Translations under genes and position numbers: made by a program
Notes under the pieces: generated by a model
Databases searched by the model: none
What the model was told of the DNA's origin: nothing
Seen by the model: only the letters and a program-made list of their open reading frames with translations
Shown: piece by piece, positions 51,204 through 64,000 of the stretch
How positions within the stretch are numbered: position 1 is the stretch's first letter
Layout: each line of letters starts with the position of its first letter
Assembly (NCBI GenBank): GCA_964016885.1
Contig: OZ024753.1
Coordinates: 37,696,001-37,760,000, forward strand
Source: Eledone cirrhosa
Taxonomy: Eukaryota
Reading direction: 5' to 3'
Length of the DNA stretch: 64,000 bases

Positions 51204-54200
51204 TATATATATATATATAGAGAGAAAAACTGTTGTAAATAATAAATTTACAAAACAGTTCATTTCTCCATGCTGATCCCAGTGGGTTGTTGTCTGTGGA
51301 ACATATTTTATGGAGAGGGCCAGTCTCTGTCAGGTTTAAGTGCCAAAGACATGTTGTGTGTTATGACATGCAATTAAACTGCTGGACTCACTGCTGTCCT
51401 TAAAATCACCACAGTTTTTTTTATGGGGGAATTGTATACTTGAGTTAAAAAGCATTATTGATTACTGAATTAGGAAATAACATTAATAAAATCAATAATA
51501 AAAAGATCCACTTTGATAACTGTTGGTCAATCAATGAAAAACATTGATTGCCAGCTGAATTAATTATAAATATAAAAAATATATATATATATATATATAC
51601 TGAAGTGAAAACCAATCCAAACCAAACAGTGAGTGTGTTTTACTATATTTTTCTGGCAATATTATAACATGACCTTTCCAACACATGATTTCATATCAAA
51701 AACCTTGCAAATACATTGCCATCAAAGGAAAGTAGCCTATCATCATATTAGATGAAATAAATAAATATTTCCATTGATCTTTTCATTGCTGATACTATCT
51801 ACTGGTTATAACTCATGGCAGAAGTAATATAAAAGAAGGTATTTAGCACAAAAACACAACACGCCATCTGGTCCAGGAATCAAACACAACCTTATGACTG
51901 TGAGTCTAACAGCCTAACCACTACGTCACATGCCTTCATAATAGAATATGACACAAAAATGATGTCCGGCAGAGAATGGATATGTTCTATAAATACAGAC
52001 CTAGCCAACCTACACCATCTAGGAAACAACGAAGAAACAATTGTATATAGATCCTTCTAATACAAAAAAAAAATAACAGAAACAGATTTCTCAGGAAATG
52101 TTTAATTATTTGTATGTACAGACCCATATCTCCTGATGGGAGTCATTAGGGCATCACAGTAATATACAGCATGTCTTGGGCAAGTTAAATCTGATGGAGC
52201 TCATCCCCTCTCCAGGTCTGAACACAGTCGATTTCCTCCAGAGAAGAAATGAAAAAGAAACATAGAGACATAGAAGAATCGACCCCAATACTGGACTGGT
52301 ACTTTTTTTATCAACCTCGAAAGGATGAAAGGCAAAGTTGACCTTGGTGTGAGAGATGGAAGGAATGCTGCAATGTATTCTATACAACATTCTAACAACT
52401 CTGCTAATTTACCACATTTTTAACGATGTTTACAGCACCAGGTTCTCTAAGTAATCACCCTTCTGAGTTCTATCTAGGTTCAAAACTGCTTAACTTCTCT
52501 GATCAGATGGGAATCAGTGTATTCAACAAGTGTTCCAGTTTGTTTGATTAATGGTACAACCAGCTCATGAGATTAATGTGCAAGTGGCTGAGTATTCCAC
52601 AGACATATGTACCCTTAATGTAATTAACAAAAAGATTCAGCATATTTTGTGACAATATAGGCCACTTTGAACTTTGGATACAACTTATATTTGCCAACAG
52701 AGCAAAGTGGAGCAACATGAAATAAAATATTTTACTCAAGGACACACAGCTTCCAGGAATCAAACAAGCAGCCATACAATTGTAAGCCAAACAACATAAC
52801 CACTAAGTCACATATCTTCACATGATGACAAAAGAAAAGTCAAAATAGAAATTGGTACCTTATCTTTTTTTTTTTAATCAACTTTGGTCATACAAAATTC
52901 CTCAAAGAACTACAAATCGAGAAGTGTAATCCTTTGATAAAATAATCCAAGCCCTCTACATATTCTGAAATATCACTTGAAATAATCAAAATAAAAAATT
53001 AATTTAATAGAAAATATTTGATCACAATTTCACTTCCCAGTTTGTTCCTTCTAAACTGACTGACGGTCCAGTACCTTTGTTATATAAATTACAGCTTTCT
53101 TTTCAAAAACACAAGCTGCCTTTTGTCACCGTTTGTTTTAGTTGCTTTTACACAGAGATTAAAAAGATTGAAAATTAGTTCAAGGATGATAGTAATACTG
53201 TCAAATATGAACATAATGAGTTGGTGAAATGAAATTGTTTTGTTAAAAAATAATTTAAGTCATAATTAACATCCTGTGTCAGTAACAAGGTTATAGACAG
53301 TGTAACAACAATTTTGATACCAAGAAATATATGATAAATATAAAGTAAAGTTAACAGGTTCTGTCTGTTTTAAATGGCTAAAATGGCTCTTCCATGCAGT
53401 TATTGTTTTAGTTTCAACACACGGTCTCAGATCAAGTCACTTGCCAAACAAGACTCCAAAATCTTGTAATGATTTAGCAGAAAATATCTAAAAGCAGGTT
53501 TGTCAATTCAGATATTTATAGTGTCTTAACTAGTGAATAGATCGTGAACATTTGCAGAATTAGAGTAAAAGGGCTTTAGATTTTAATGTGATGTAGTCAG
53601 TGCTGGTTTGTACTTTTTAAGAATGTTTTGTTAATGCAGTATCATGTGATACAGGACATTGAAAAAAAATGAAATTTACATCTCACGCCTATGCAAATTT
53701 AACTGGCCTCCTATGTCGTGTCTTCCTCAAAACACAATGTGATCCAAAACAGGTTCTATGTCCTGCAGATATAAAATACTTGACTCCAGTACTGGACTGG
53801 TACATTTTTTATTGACCCGGAAAGAATGACAGGCAAAGTTGATCTTGTGATTTGAACTCAGAATGCAGAGAACCAGAACAAATACCACAAAATATTGACA
53901 TTTTAATGGCTCTGCCAATTTACTATTTCTTGTATAAATATTAATGTTTAAATAAATTCTTATTATAACAATAAAGTTTCTTTTATCATAAATTATAGAA
54001 GTAACGTCTCCATTATTCTTATTATTCTTATTATTGTTGTTGTTAATAGTTTCTAATTTAGACACAAGGCCAGAAATTTTGGAAGGAGAAAAAGACAATT
54101 ATCTCAACCCCAGTATTCGACTAGTACCTTATTTTATCAACACCAAAAGAACGAAAGGTAAAGTTAACCTCAGCATTATTTGAACAACTTTGCCTTTCAT

Positions 54201-56380
54201 CCTTCCAGAGGTTGATAAAATACCAGCCAAGTACTGGTGACCAATTTAATAAACTAGTCCCTCTCCCAGCCAAAATTCATGGACTTGTGCCTCAATTAGA
54301 AACCATTCACAGCTCTGTTCACCTTGGGTATGTGCAATGTCGGTTTTAGTGTTGTTTCTATTGTATTGAGAATACTTTTTGTCATATGTGTGCAGTGTCC
54401 AGAAGTGCTATTTATCAGGGTGACCGTGGTTTTTGTGGGTTTTCTCCATGAGTAACCCTCAGTGGTCTGCCTTCTCCTCCCTCAATTGGGGAATTTGTTT
54501 TTGTTTCTATTTTGTTGTTATGGGTTTCCTTTTATACACGCAGAAACCCATATGTGTAGTCCTTAATATTTTCCTTTATGTAAACCCTTGTGGGTAATAA
54601 AGAAATCATTATTATTATTGTTACTACTACAACAACTACTACTATATATAAATAAATACAGTCAAGCCAAACTTAAATAGATTTTCTAGTTATAAAAAAA
54701 CTAACTTTAGATATTCAAAGAAAAAATTCCCTAATCAGTTCAATAATAGACATTTCATTGATTTTGATGTGAGGGAAGATGTAGAGTGGATAAATTGTTA
54801 TTAAACATGAAAAAGATTAAGAAATAACTTATATTTACATGAGCTCCATTTAAACAAATTATTCTCCCCCCAAAATTGGTGCCATGAAAATATGGCTTCA
54901 TTAGACTTCAGAGATTGAGAAAGCAGAGTAGTTGACTGCACTTCCTCTCTCAAAATTTCTTGTCAGACACTCTGCCAATCATACACTGCTGCTGTAAAGT
55001 TGACTATATATGTATGTGTGTATATGTGTGTGTATGTGAATGTATATGTGTGTTAATGAGAAATGTGTATTTCCAACATTGGATTTCTATATTTTATTTT
55101 CACCAGTACTAATCTTCCTGACATATGACATATGACATGTGTGTGTGTGTGTGTGCATGCATATATAAATATCATCTTCGCCGTTTTATATATCTATATA
55201 TAATTGTTTCTACTTTTGGCACAAGGCCAGCAATTATACCAGTGCATTACTGGTACTTTATTTTATCAACCCCGTAAGGATGAAAGGCAAAGTTAACCTC
55301 GGCGGGATTTGAACTCAAACCGTAAAGGGCCGTAACTCTATGTCACAAAGCATGGTGTCCGACCCTCTACCGATACTGCCAATCCAACACCTATTATATA
55401 TATAATAGAAGGGAGAATGGCTTAAAACATTTGTTGAATATATCTATATATATTGTATTTGTGCATGTGTCTGTGTGTGTCTACGTTTGTGCCTGTGTTA
55501 CACATTTTCTTTAACCCTTTCTAATAAAATACACTAGCTGGCCCCCTTACCAGGACATATCTCTCAATAAATATTTCAATTAATTGATTAATGAAGAACA
55601 AAAAAATATTATTTCATTATTAAGATGTCTGTAACATAACTAAAGAAAAGTTTCTTAAATCAAATTTTGCTGGAAGATTTTAATTTAAATAGAAACCATT
55701 TAACCTTTTAGTATTTAAACCGACTATATCCAGCCAGAATTCTCTCACTACTTTCTGTTTAAACCAGCTGTAACTGGTCACTCATACTGACATTAAGATA
55801 TTGTTCTTAAATAAATAAGATAAAAATCTCATAGATTCAATATTATGTAAGATAAAGCTTTTACCACAGAAATACAATAGTATATATAGAGTAATGTAAA
55901 TGCTAAAGGGTTAAGACAGGTTTCTTTTTTTGTTTGTTTCTTTTGCTTTGTAGAACCAGAGGCTTTGCTTTGTAGAACCAGAGGCAGTTTCTGGGCAGGT
56001 TGGTATCAAAAGAGTTAGTAATGGAAATTTATACAGCTAGCAACTTTTAGTTTTTAAGGAAGAAATTCAGTTTTGCACATAATAAAAAGGGGTTTTTAGC
56101 TTTTCATGGAATGAAATAAAAAATAGATATTCTGTTGGAACATAATAACAAAGAAAACAAAACTTATGTTATGAAAGAAAAACAACATGTAAAAACATTT
56201 AGTTTATACATATATATATATATATATGTTACATAAACACATGTATGCAGACATGCACATGCACCATCTATAAACACACATACACACACTATATATACAT
56301 ATATATACACGCATATATGTTACATATACACATGTATGCAGACATGCACACGGACCATCTATAAACACACATACACACAC

Positions 56381-56414
<34 letters not shown>

Positions 56415-57472
56415 CATATGCATATATACATATATATACATAGGCATATATATACACATATACATGAATATATATACACATGTACATACATATATATACA
56501 CATATACATACATATATATATACACACATACATACATACACACATATACATACATACATATACACACAAATACATACATATATATACACATATACATACA
56601 TATATACATATATATCATCATCATCATCGTTTAACGTCTATCTTCCACGCTAGCATGGGATTTTTATATATATATATATATACATATATATATACATATA
56701 TACATATATATATATATATATGAATGAATAGCCAGTCATACGTGTATGTATAAATGAAGACATTGAGATGATCTACCCTTCAGAGAAGAAATTAAAATTG
56801 AAAAATAAAAGGTTTTAATACAGTGTAGTAATAATAATAATAATAATAATTATAATAATAATAAAAGATTGTTGAAATCTAATCCTCACCAAAATAAATG
56901 AAAACGAATCCCCAAAATTGTCAGATTAGGGTGAGGCTTAAATCAATGTTTCTTTGCAACAGAAGTTTACTGGGTTTAAATCAAGAAAATAAAAGGTTCT
57001 AATAAGATAAGGGAATGGGAAATAATTATAGATTCTAATTCAGGCAGAAGACCAGCAATTTAGGAGGGGGGAGAAGTCGATTAAATCAACCCCAGTACAT
57101 TACTGGTAGTTTATTTTATCAAATCCCGGAAAAGATGAAAAGCAAAGTTAACCTCGGCCAGATTTGAACTCCGAATGTAAAGAGCTATAACTAAATGCCA
57201 CAAACATTTTGTCTGATGCTCTAACGATTCTGCCAACCCACCACCCTAATAATAATAATAATAACAATATTTCTAACATCAGAACAAAACAAAAAATTTT
57301 AGTCGATTAGATTGATCCCAATATGTGACTGGTACTTTATACTTTTATCATCCCCCTGACAGAGAGAGAGGTGGGGGAGACAAAAGGCAAAGTTAACCTG
57401 ATGTGGTGGTGGTGGTGGTGGTGGTTGGAGTTTAGCTCAGAATGTAAAAGGATTTAACTAAAACAACAAGGC

Positions 57473-57505
<33 letters not shown>

Positions 57506-58034
57506 TGATAATAATAATAATTTCTAATTCAGGCACAAGGCCAACAATTTGTGGGGAGGAAAAAAAATTTATTAAATCGACCCCAGTTCTTAGCTGGTAC
57601 TTTATTTTTTCGACCCGCGGAAGGATGAAAGGCAAAGTGGACCATGACAGGATTTGAGCTCTTAGAGCAGAGATGCTGCTTATTCGCAACCCTCAATAAT
57701 TTAAATAAAAATAAAAGAACAGAGCATGATGATAGTAAAGTATTATGATTTTGTGAGACTGGTTTGAGTTCTTGTCACCATCTCCATTTTCAACCCCAGG
57801 TCAGTCCACCCTTTGTTACCATAAATATTTATAAAACCAGTTTGTCAAGTCTTTTTTTTTTTTAATTATCATAATTATTATTATTATTAGTAATAGTAGT
57901 AGTAGTAGTAATAATTTGTAGTGGTAGTATTGTGATTGTGTCTGTTGTTATTGTTGTTGTTGTTGTAGTTGTTAATAGTAGTGGTAAACAATGAAGTAGA
58001 ACCTATGAAAAATAAATCTAGACAGAAGAATCCA

Positions 58035-58184
58035 TCAGTCAATTTTGATCGCTGCATAAATTCGTCGAATAAAAAAGTATGCTGCATAGAAACCAATGGT
58101 GCCAGTCAAGATCCAGAATGTGAAAGACATGAGCAGTGTGTAGCCAAAATACAGGAGAGTCGGGATGAATTCTGTGATTTCAAG
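58035..58184 (-). CDS. TM9SF4: TM9SF4 last coding exon
   Basis: tttcag|[49 protein letters not shown]; the KxD C-terminus is typical of nonaspanins. Confidence 0.95.
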   Translation of the reverse strand, partial: LEITEFIPTLLYFGYTLLMSFTFWILTGTIGFYAAYFFIRRIYAAIKID

Positions 58185-58850
58185 CTGAAACAGAGAATAC
58201 AAAAGATAATATCTTAGATGTAATGAATGGGGAACTGTCAGACTGTGTCCAATTTATTATTTTACATCACGTTATTAAAATAAGTTGGATTACTTTGAAT
58301 AAATCATGAATGAATATTATGTAATTTATTTACTAAATTTCTTAGCTCTTGATTAAACATAAATAATCTTATATATAATGTATTGCTTATTTCAATATTC
58401 GCGTCTGTTAAAACTTCCAAATGTCAACTTCCGTTACTGTTATGCTTATATATAACATTATACATATGCGTTTCTGTTTCCATCATTAAGGGCAGTTCTT
58501 CTGCTAGTACAAATAATGGACATTATTCATGCATTCTGAAATATACAAGTGTTTTAAACCTTTTGATACTAGCCCACCTAAAATTGACCCTGATTCTATA
58601 ATGTGAAGCTGTTTTGTTTTAACGTGTTTATATTTATCCACAAAAGTGTTTAAATGTATCTAAAAGCACCCATCATAATTTTATGTGAGAAACTTCATTA
58701 AGTTATATTGTAAAAATCAGCTTAATAATACATAAGTTATATTACTAAATCACTTCAAATTCTTGGTTATTTTTTAACGCCCTAACGATCCTGCCAATTT
58801 GTGTCACCTTACAACACAGGTATATGATTAATACAAGAAATTCTTCTTAC

Positions 58851-58940
58851 CTTTGTAACAAAATAGAAGATAGAATATGCAAACATGTACACAGCAGAAC
58901 CACCAGACACTATAAATGCATGCCACCACCAATGATAATC
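58851..58940 (-). CDS. TM9SF4: TM9SF4 coding exon
   Basis: ag|DYHWWWHAFIVSGGSAVYMFAYSIFYFVTK|gtaag. Confidence 0.95.
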
Positions 58941-59271
58941 CTGAAAATAAATAGATAAATGAATAAATATATCTGCTATCATCATCATCATCATTTAGTA
59001 TTAATATCATCATCATCATAATCAGATATTATTAAGATAGCAAACATGTGTCCATTTTAAAATGTTTATTATTATAATAAATCCTTCCATCAGTTTTATT
59101 TAAGAACATTTTGTTAAGTAATATTCTAAATAACAGCTTACTAATGAAAGAATTAGTTTTTTATTAAATCCCTTTAATTTTTGGCTTATCTTCAAAATTA
59201 ACTGAAAGACATAGGCAATGTACTTCATTAGGAAAACAGTTAGAGAAGGGTTAAAGGGTTTAATGACTTAC

Positions 59272-59391
59272 CTCACCACATAATTGGAAATATATCATCA
59301 CAATGGAAATTTGAGATACTGAAATGACTAAAATGATGAACACCAAGAACAAAAATCCAAACAAATAATAGAACTGATTCTCCCAGATTGC
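59272..59391 (-). CDS. TM9SF4: TM9SF4 coding exon
   Basis: ag|[40 protein letters not shown]|gtaag. Confidence 0.95.
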
Positions 59392-59832
59392 CTACAAATA
59401 AATAAGAAAGGAAAAGATTAATATTTCTAACAGATTAGTTAGGTTTAAACTGTTGAATCTGCAAACTGTCTTTACTGTGTTGTTTATTATATTCTGATTA
59501 TGTTTGTAGATACATTGATATGTCTGTTTGTATATGTATATGTCTGTTTGTATAGGCAGACAGATAGATAGGTACAGGTAGATAAATAGGTAGGTAGGTA
59601 TAGGTACATAGACACTTTTGTCCCAGCGGTATCATAAACTTAGACAACTTTAGCTCAATAGTATCAACATTGCTTAATATGATTTCCAATAAAAGTAAGA
59701 AAAATGAACTTATTGCTAAATTATGATAAATATTTGAAAGAGAATTCAGTAGAGTGTAAACTATATTTAGGGGTCTATAGATCCCTACAGTATTGAGAGG
59801 ATTAAAGAGTTAATAGTGTGTGTTGTACTTAC

Positions 59833-59896
59833 AGTGAAAATGAAAAATAACTCAATGAATACAGCTCCAAATGGTAAGATACCAGCCATTAGTGTC
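59833..59896 (-). CDS. TM9SF4: TM9SF4 coding exon
   Basis: ag|(G)TLMAGILPFGAVFIELFFIFT|gtaag; phase consistent with the upstream exon. Confidence 0.95.
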
Positions 59897-60076
59897 CTGT
59901 AGAGAGAGAGAGAAGAGACAGTTACACATTTGATAAATATAGAAAAACAGATTAAGATGGAAATAATGGGGAAAAAAATGAAAGCAAATCAATAATTTTT
60001 TTCTTTTAAACTGCTGTTTTAAAAATTAATTATGACTTTCTGCTGTCTACTTTGTAATAATCAGAACCATACATAC

Positions 60077-60156
60077 CCTAATATAGGATTCATATACCAC
60101 ATCTGTTCAGGAACCTGTCTTGGAATTTGATTAGTTCGTACTGGATGCTGGTATGG
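60077..60156 (-). CDS. TM9SF4: TM9SF4 coding exon
   Basis: ag|[26 protein letters not shown](G)|gtatgt; contains the TM9SF signature [10 protein letters not shown]. Confidence 0.95.
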
Positions 60157-60603
60157 CTGCAAAATTAAACCATAACATGGTTCAATGTAGACATTGATGA
60201 TGATAACAAAAGTTAGGTAGGCAACAAATAAAATGAGCTTAACATCAATCATAATTTAACCATTACATTTTGTACAAATTATTATCTAAGTATATAAAAG
60301 TTCTTGGCATATAACTATTACAATACAGCTTGTACAAATTATTTTTTAAATGCATAAAAAAAATAAGTTATTAAAAATTTCCTGTAGCATAAATTGTTTC
60401 AACTTTCAAAAATAAATTTTCAAATTTATATCATTAAATTGATAAACTGAATGATATATAGGAGCCCTATATAGACACAGCTTAGGAAAAAACTCCATTG
60501 TTTTCTGTTTGATGTGTGTGTGTCTGTGTGTGACTGTATGTATATATAATTTACAGAGCGGCAACATAGATTTCTTGAAGGAAAACTAAAATATTTCACT
60601 CAC

Positions 60604-60699
60604 CTGTTTTCTGTATCCAAAATAGTATCCCAAGAAAACCAATGGAAGTGAGATACCAAACCACATACATAACAGTGCAACCATTGTGCTGAATGGAAC
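60604..60699 (-). CDS. TM9SF4: TM9SF4 coding exon
   Basis: ag|[32 protein letters not shown]|gtgag. Confidence 0.95.
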
Positions 60700-61295
60700 C
60701 TGTAGGGAATAAAGAATTGTTAAATGAATATAGCGTGACATAATGAAGATAGCTAGAGATTTGAGGAAGATTTTATTGCTGTTTCTAGCAGTTTGTGCAA
60801 TCACGTAGAGGCTCCCTCATTCGGTTAGTAGAGACACCGCTCATGGGGCTTCTTTTTCCATGATGATAGAATTATGCGATATTTGTGTCTGTCAGTTCTG
60901 ACAAGTGGTTTGATCAATGGCACATGCTTCTTATGAAATGAATTTGCAAGTGACTGAGCATTCTACAGACAGATTTACACATAACACAATTCTTTGGGAG
61001 ATTCAGCATGACACAGTATATGACAAGACTCACCCTTTGAATTACAGGTACAATTCATTTATGACAGCTACATAGACCAGAGCAATATGAAATAAAGTGT
61101 TTTGCTCAAGGTCACAATACATTGCTTGGAATCCAACTCACAACTTTAGGATAATGAGTTGAACACCTTAACCAATAAACCTCACACATTCACTCAGCTA
61201 CATTTTAAAATGTATTGACTTCTAAAGTGTATAAAATGTGTAAAGACAATTAAGATACTTCAAACATAAAGGAAAGAAACTAATACGCTGATGGG

Positions 61296-61520
61296 ACCAA
61301 GGAAACAATGTTTCCATTAGTCTTTCCATTGCAGATACTGTCTGCCAGTCGTAACACCTGGCAGAAAAGGAATGGAGCTAATCATCAGATTGAACCAAGG
61401 AAACAATGTTTCCATTAGTCTTTCCATTGCAGATACTGTCTGCCAGTCGTAACACCTGGCAGAAAAGGAATGGAGCTAATCATCAGATCGGACCAAGGAA
61501 ACAATGTTTCCATTAGTTTT
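61296..61520. repeat. 98-bp tandem repeat, ~2.3 copies, intronic
   Basis: 'accaaggaaacaatgtttccattagt' at 61296, 61394 and 61492. Confidence 0.9.
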
Positions 61521-61857
61521 TCTATTACTGACAGTGTCTGCTGATCAAAACTCCTAGCAAAAGTATCACCACTTTTACAATGACAGGAGGCAGAATTTGA
61601 ACTCAGAATACACATAGCCAGAAGAGACACCACAAATCATCCCATTTGACCGGGTTGACCAATTCCACCAGTCCACTGCCCAATGGACCGATACTTCATT
61701 TATTGATACTGATAAGGATGAAAGGCAAAGTTGTCTTTACCCGAATCTGAACTCACAACACAGAGGCATTAACTCTGATGCTCTATTGACTCCTGTTCAG
61801 ACATAAAATGGGATAAAATTACAGACAAAAGGTAGAAGAGAGAAAAAAGATACTTAC

Positions 61858-61941
61858 GGCTCCTGATGAATGTTTTCCCCAAATAAAGAAATTTAAAATA
61901 AAACAAGTGCCAAATAGGATTCCTGGATAAAATGTTCCTGT
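61858..61941 (-). CDS. TM9SF4: TM9SF4 coding exon (upstream exons lie beyond the window)
   Basis: ag|TGTFYPGILFGTCFILNFFIWGKHSSGA|gtaag. Confidence 0.95.
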
Positions 61942-62011
61942 CTGAAATAAAAAGAATAATGATTTGTACATTTTGTGTGTGTATGTGTGTCCCTCCATCC
62001 CCATCATGTGA

Positions 62012-62048
<37 letters not shown>

Positions 62049-62849
62049 CACATCAGATTAACGATTCTAGATATGTTCACCTACATATCAATAAAACATG
62101 TGTCAGATACATAATAAATGTTAATCCTTCAACTGCGAAATTGGTGGATTCATGTAATTTATTAATATATATATATTAAGTGTATTGAGTTCAAAACTCA
62201 AGCATTCCTTTACAATGAAATAGCTCAAAGAAAGAAATATTTCTGAGCCGTATAATATATATGATGAAATACAAATACCAACATATCTGTGTTTATATTG
62301 TAAAAGAAATTAAGTTAGCTAGAATGAAATATACTAATTATAATATTACAGTTTGCCTATCTCGATTTAAAATAATAAATCAATAAAAACAAACAGTATT
62401 GGCAAATGGCCATGGTGTTTAGACAAATTTAAATTTCAAAATCAAACCTGTTCCGTAGATAAGTTTAACCTTTAAAATCCAAATATGTTTCGAGATGAAT
62501 AAGTCTAAGGATATCATGTCCAGCTCACATCAGTAAACACCCTGAACAAATTGATATGCTTCACTTCTAAATATTTTAAAAGACTGTTTAACGCACATGG
62601 TTTAACACATGGTTTTCCAGTTTCTAGCCAGCCTCATACTCGTACTGCTAGAAATAACAGCCGTATATATGGGCTACTATCAGCTCAACGTAAGGAGCAA
62701 TTATATTAAGTGTATTGAGTTCAAAACTCAAGCATTCCTTTACAATGAAATAGCTCAAAGAAAGAAATATTTCTGAGCCGAGTAAAGTGGTCCCAGGTGG
62801 CCTTGCTCTAGACTAAAGAGCCTCTCTAGTGCCAGTGTCTGAATAAAAT

Positions 62850-63380
62850 ACACCCAGTACACTCTGTAAAGTGGTAATGCTAGTGCCCTGATTAAAACGC
62901 ACCCAGTACACTCAGTAAAGTACATTCTGTAAAGTAGTGGTGGTGGTGCCATGATAAAGTGCACCCAGTACACTCAGTAAAGTACATTCTGTAAAGTAGT
63001 GGTGGTGGTGCCATGATAAAGTGCACCCAGTACACTCAGTAAAGTAGTGGTGGTGCCATGATAAAGTGCACCCAGTACACTCAGTAAAGTACATTCTGCA
63101 AAGTAGTGGTGGTGGTGCCATGATAAAGTGCACCCAGTACACTCAGTGAAGTACATTCTGTAAAGTAGTGGTGGTGGTGCCATGATAAAGTGCACCCAGT
63201 ACACTCAGTGAAGTACATTCTGTAAAGTAGTGGTGGTGGTGCCATGATAAAGTGCACCCAGTACACTCAGTAAAGTAGTGGTGGTGCCACGATAAAATGC
63301 ACTCAGTGTACACTATGACTGTAAAGTAATAGTGGTATTGCTACAGCCAAGTGCACCCAGTACACTCTGTAAAGTGATAG
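62850..63380. repeat. ~62-bp minisatellite, intronic
   Basis: Unit cacccagtacactcagtaaagtacattctgtaaagtagtggtggtggtgccatgataaagtg, with shorter variants. Confidence 0.92.
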
Positions 63381-63734
63381 TGGTCTATGACCCAACCATC
63401 TCATTCCACTTCTCTTCACAACATTCAGCAATGGTTCTATTCTCATCAATCAGTCACTTTCCTCCTCCTCCTCCTCTTTCTAACCATCTCTGCTACTTCA
63501 CTATGTATGTTTTAAGCTTAGAAATTGAATTTTATATACATTTACACATATTTGTTTGTTCATTGATTTCCACTTTGTTTATCCAGTATCAAATACTGAG
63601 TGGTTGGTTTTGAAGTGGAGGCTCAAAGGTAAATATTTCCCCCCTCCTAATTTATTATTTTGTCTAAACACAACCTGATTCATCATCATCATCGTTATTA
63701 TTTGTTCTTTCCAGGCCCTTGCTACTGCTGCTGC

Positions 63735-64000
63735 TAGTGGTGGTAAATATGATGATGATGGTGGTAATGATGATAATGGGGGGGGGGGGTAATGGTGCTA
63801 ATGGGGGTGGTGGTTGTGGTAATGATGAAGGTGGTAGTGGTGGTAATGATGATGATGGTGGTAGTGGTGGTAATGATGATGATGGTGGTTGTGGTGGTAA
63901 TGATGATGGAGGTGGTTGTGGTGGTAATGATGATGGTGGTGGTTGTGGTGGTAATGATGATGATGGTGGTAGTGGTGGTAATGATGATGATGGTGGTAGT
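63735..64000 (+). repeat. (GGT/GAT)n compound microsatellite
   Basis: Direct inspection. Confidence 0.9.

Larger units (their letters stand above)
34960..59873. repeat. Tandem segmental duplication unit 2 (~24.9 kb, lacks the LINE, contiguous with intact TM9SF4)
   Basis: Nearly identical to unit 1 by eye. Homology ends at 59873 inside a TM9SF4 exon, where the intact exon continues ('ccaaatg|gtaagatacc'). Confidence 0.97.

Noticed and set aside
7338-59873. Duplication as a pure assembly artefact
   Set aside because: Units differ by insertions with TSDs, a microhomology deletion and SNPs, and share a novel junction absent from the intact gene. A haplotype false duplication of one unit still needs a read-depth check.
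62850-63380. Regular repeat array resembling CRISPR, with HHHH-containing ORFs
   Set aside because: No unique spacers, eukaryotic intron, no cas genes; it is a minisatellite.

Overview
AT-rich, microsatellite- and SINE-dense animal DNA; the repeat families suggest a cephalopod, probably Octopus (inference). Most of the window is a tandem segmental duplication: a partial unit (1-7337), a 27.6-kb unit (7338-34959) and a 24.9-kb unit (34960-59873). The last unit runs into the intact 3' exons of TM9SF4 on the minus strand (58035-61941). Each full unit carries a head-to-head pair of intronless, highly divergent cyclin T-like genes that consist of little more than the cyclin boxes. Gene A (minus strand) is frameshifted in one unit and intact in the other; gene B (plus strand) is intact in both. 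Between them is an ~850-bp near-perfect palindrome containing Penelope-type hammerhead-ribozyme motifs. Each unit also has truncated TM9SF4 3' exons, with a new splice acceptor at the unit junction. Other content: a dead R4/Dong-type LINE in a (TAA)n site (two of three copies), RTE LINE fragments, tRNA-derived SINEs, MITEs, a 5S rRNA pseudogene and minisatellites. The best candidate for an undescribed system is the amplified cyclin T-like retrogene pair, with altered CDK9/HEXIM-contact positions and candidate germline-type regulatory motifs. All alignments were done by eye.
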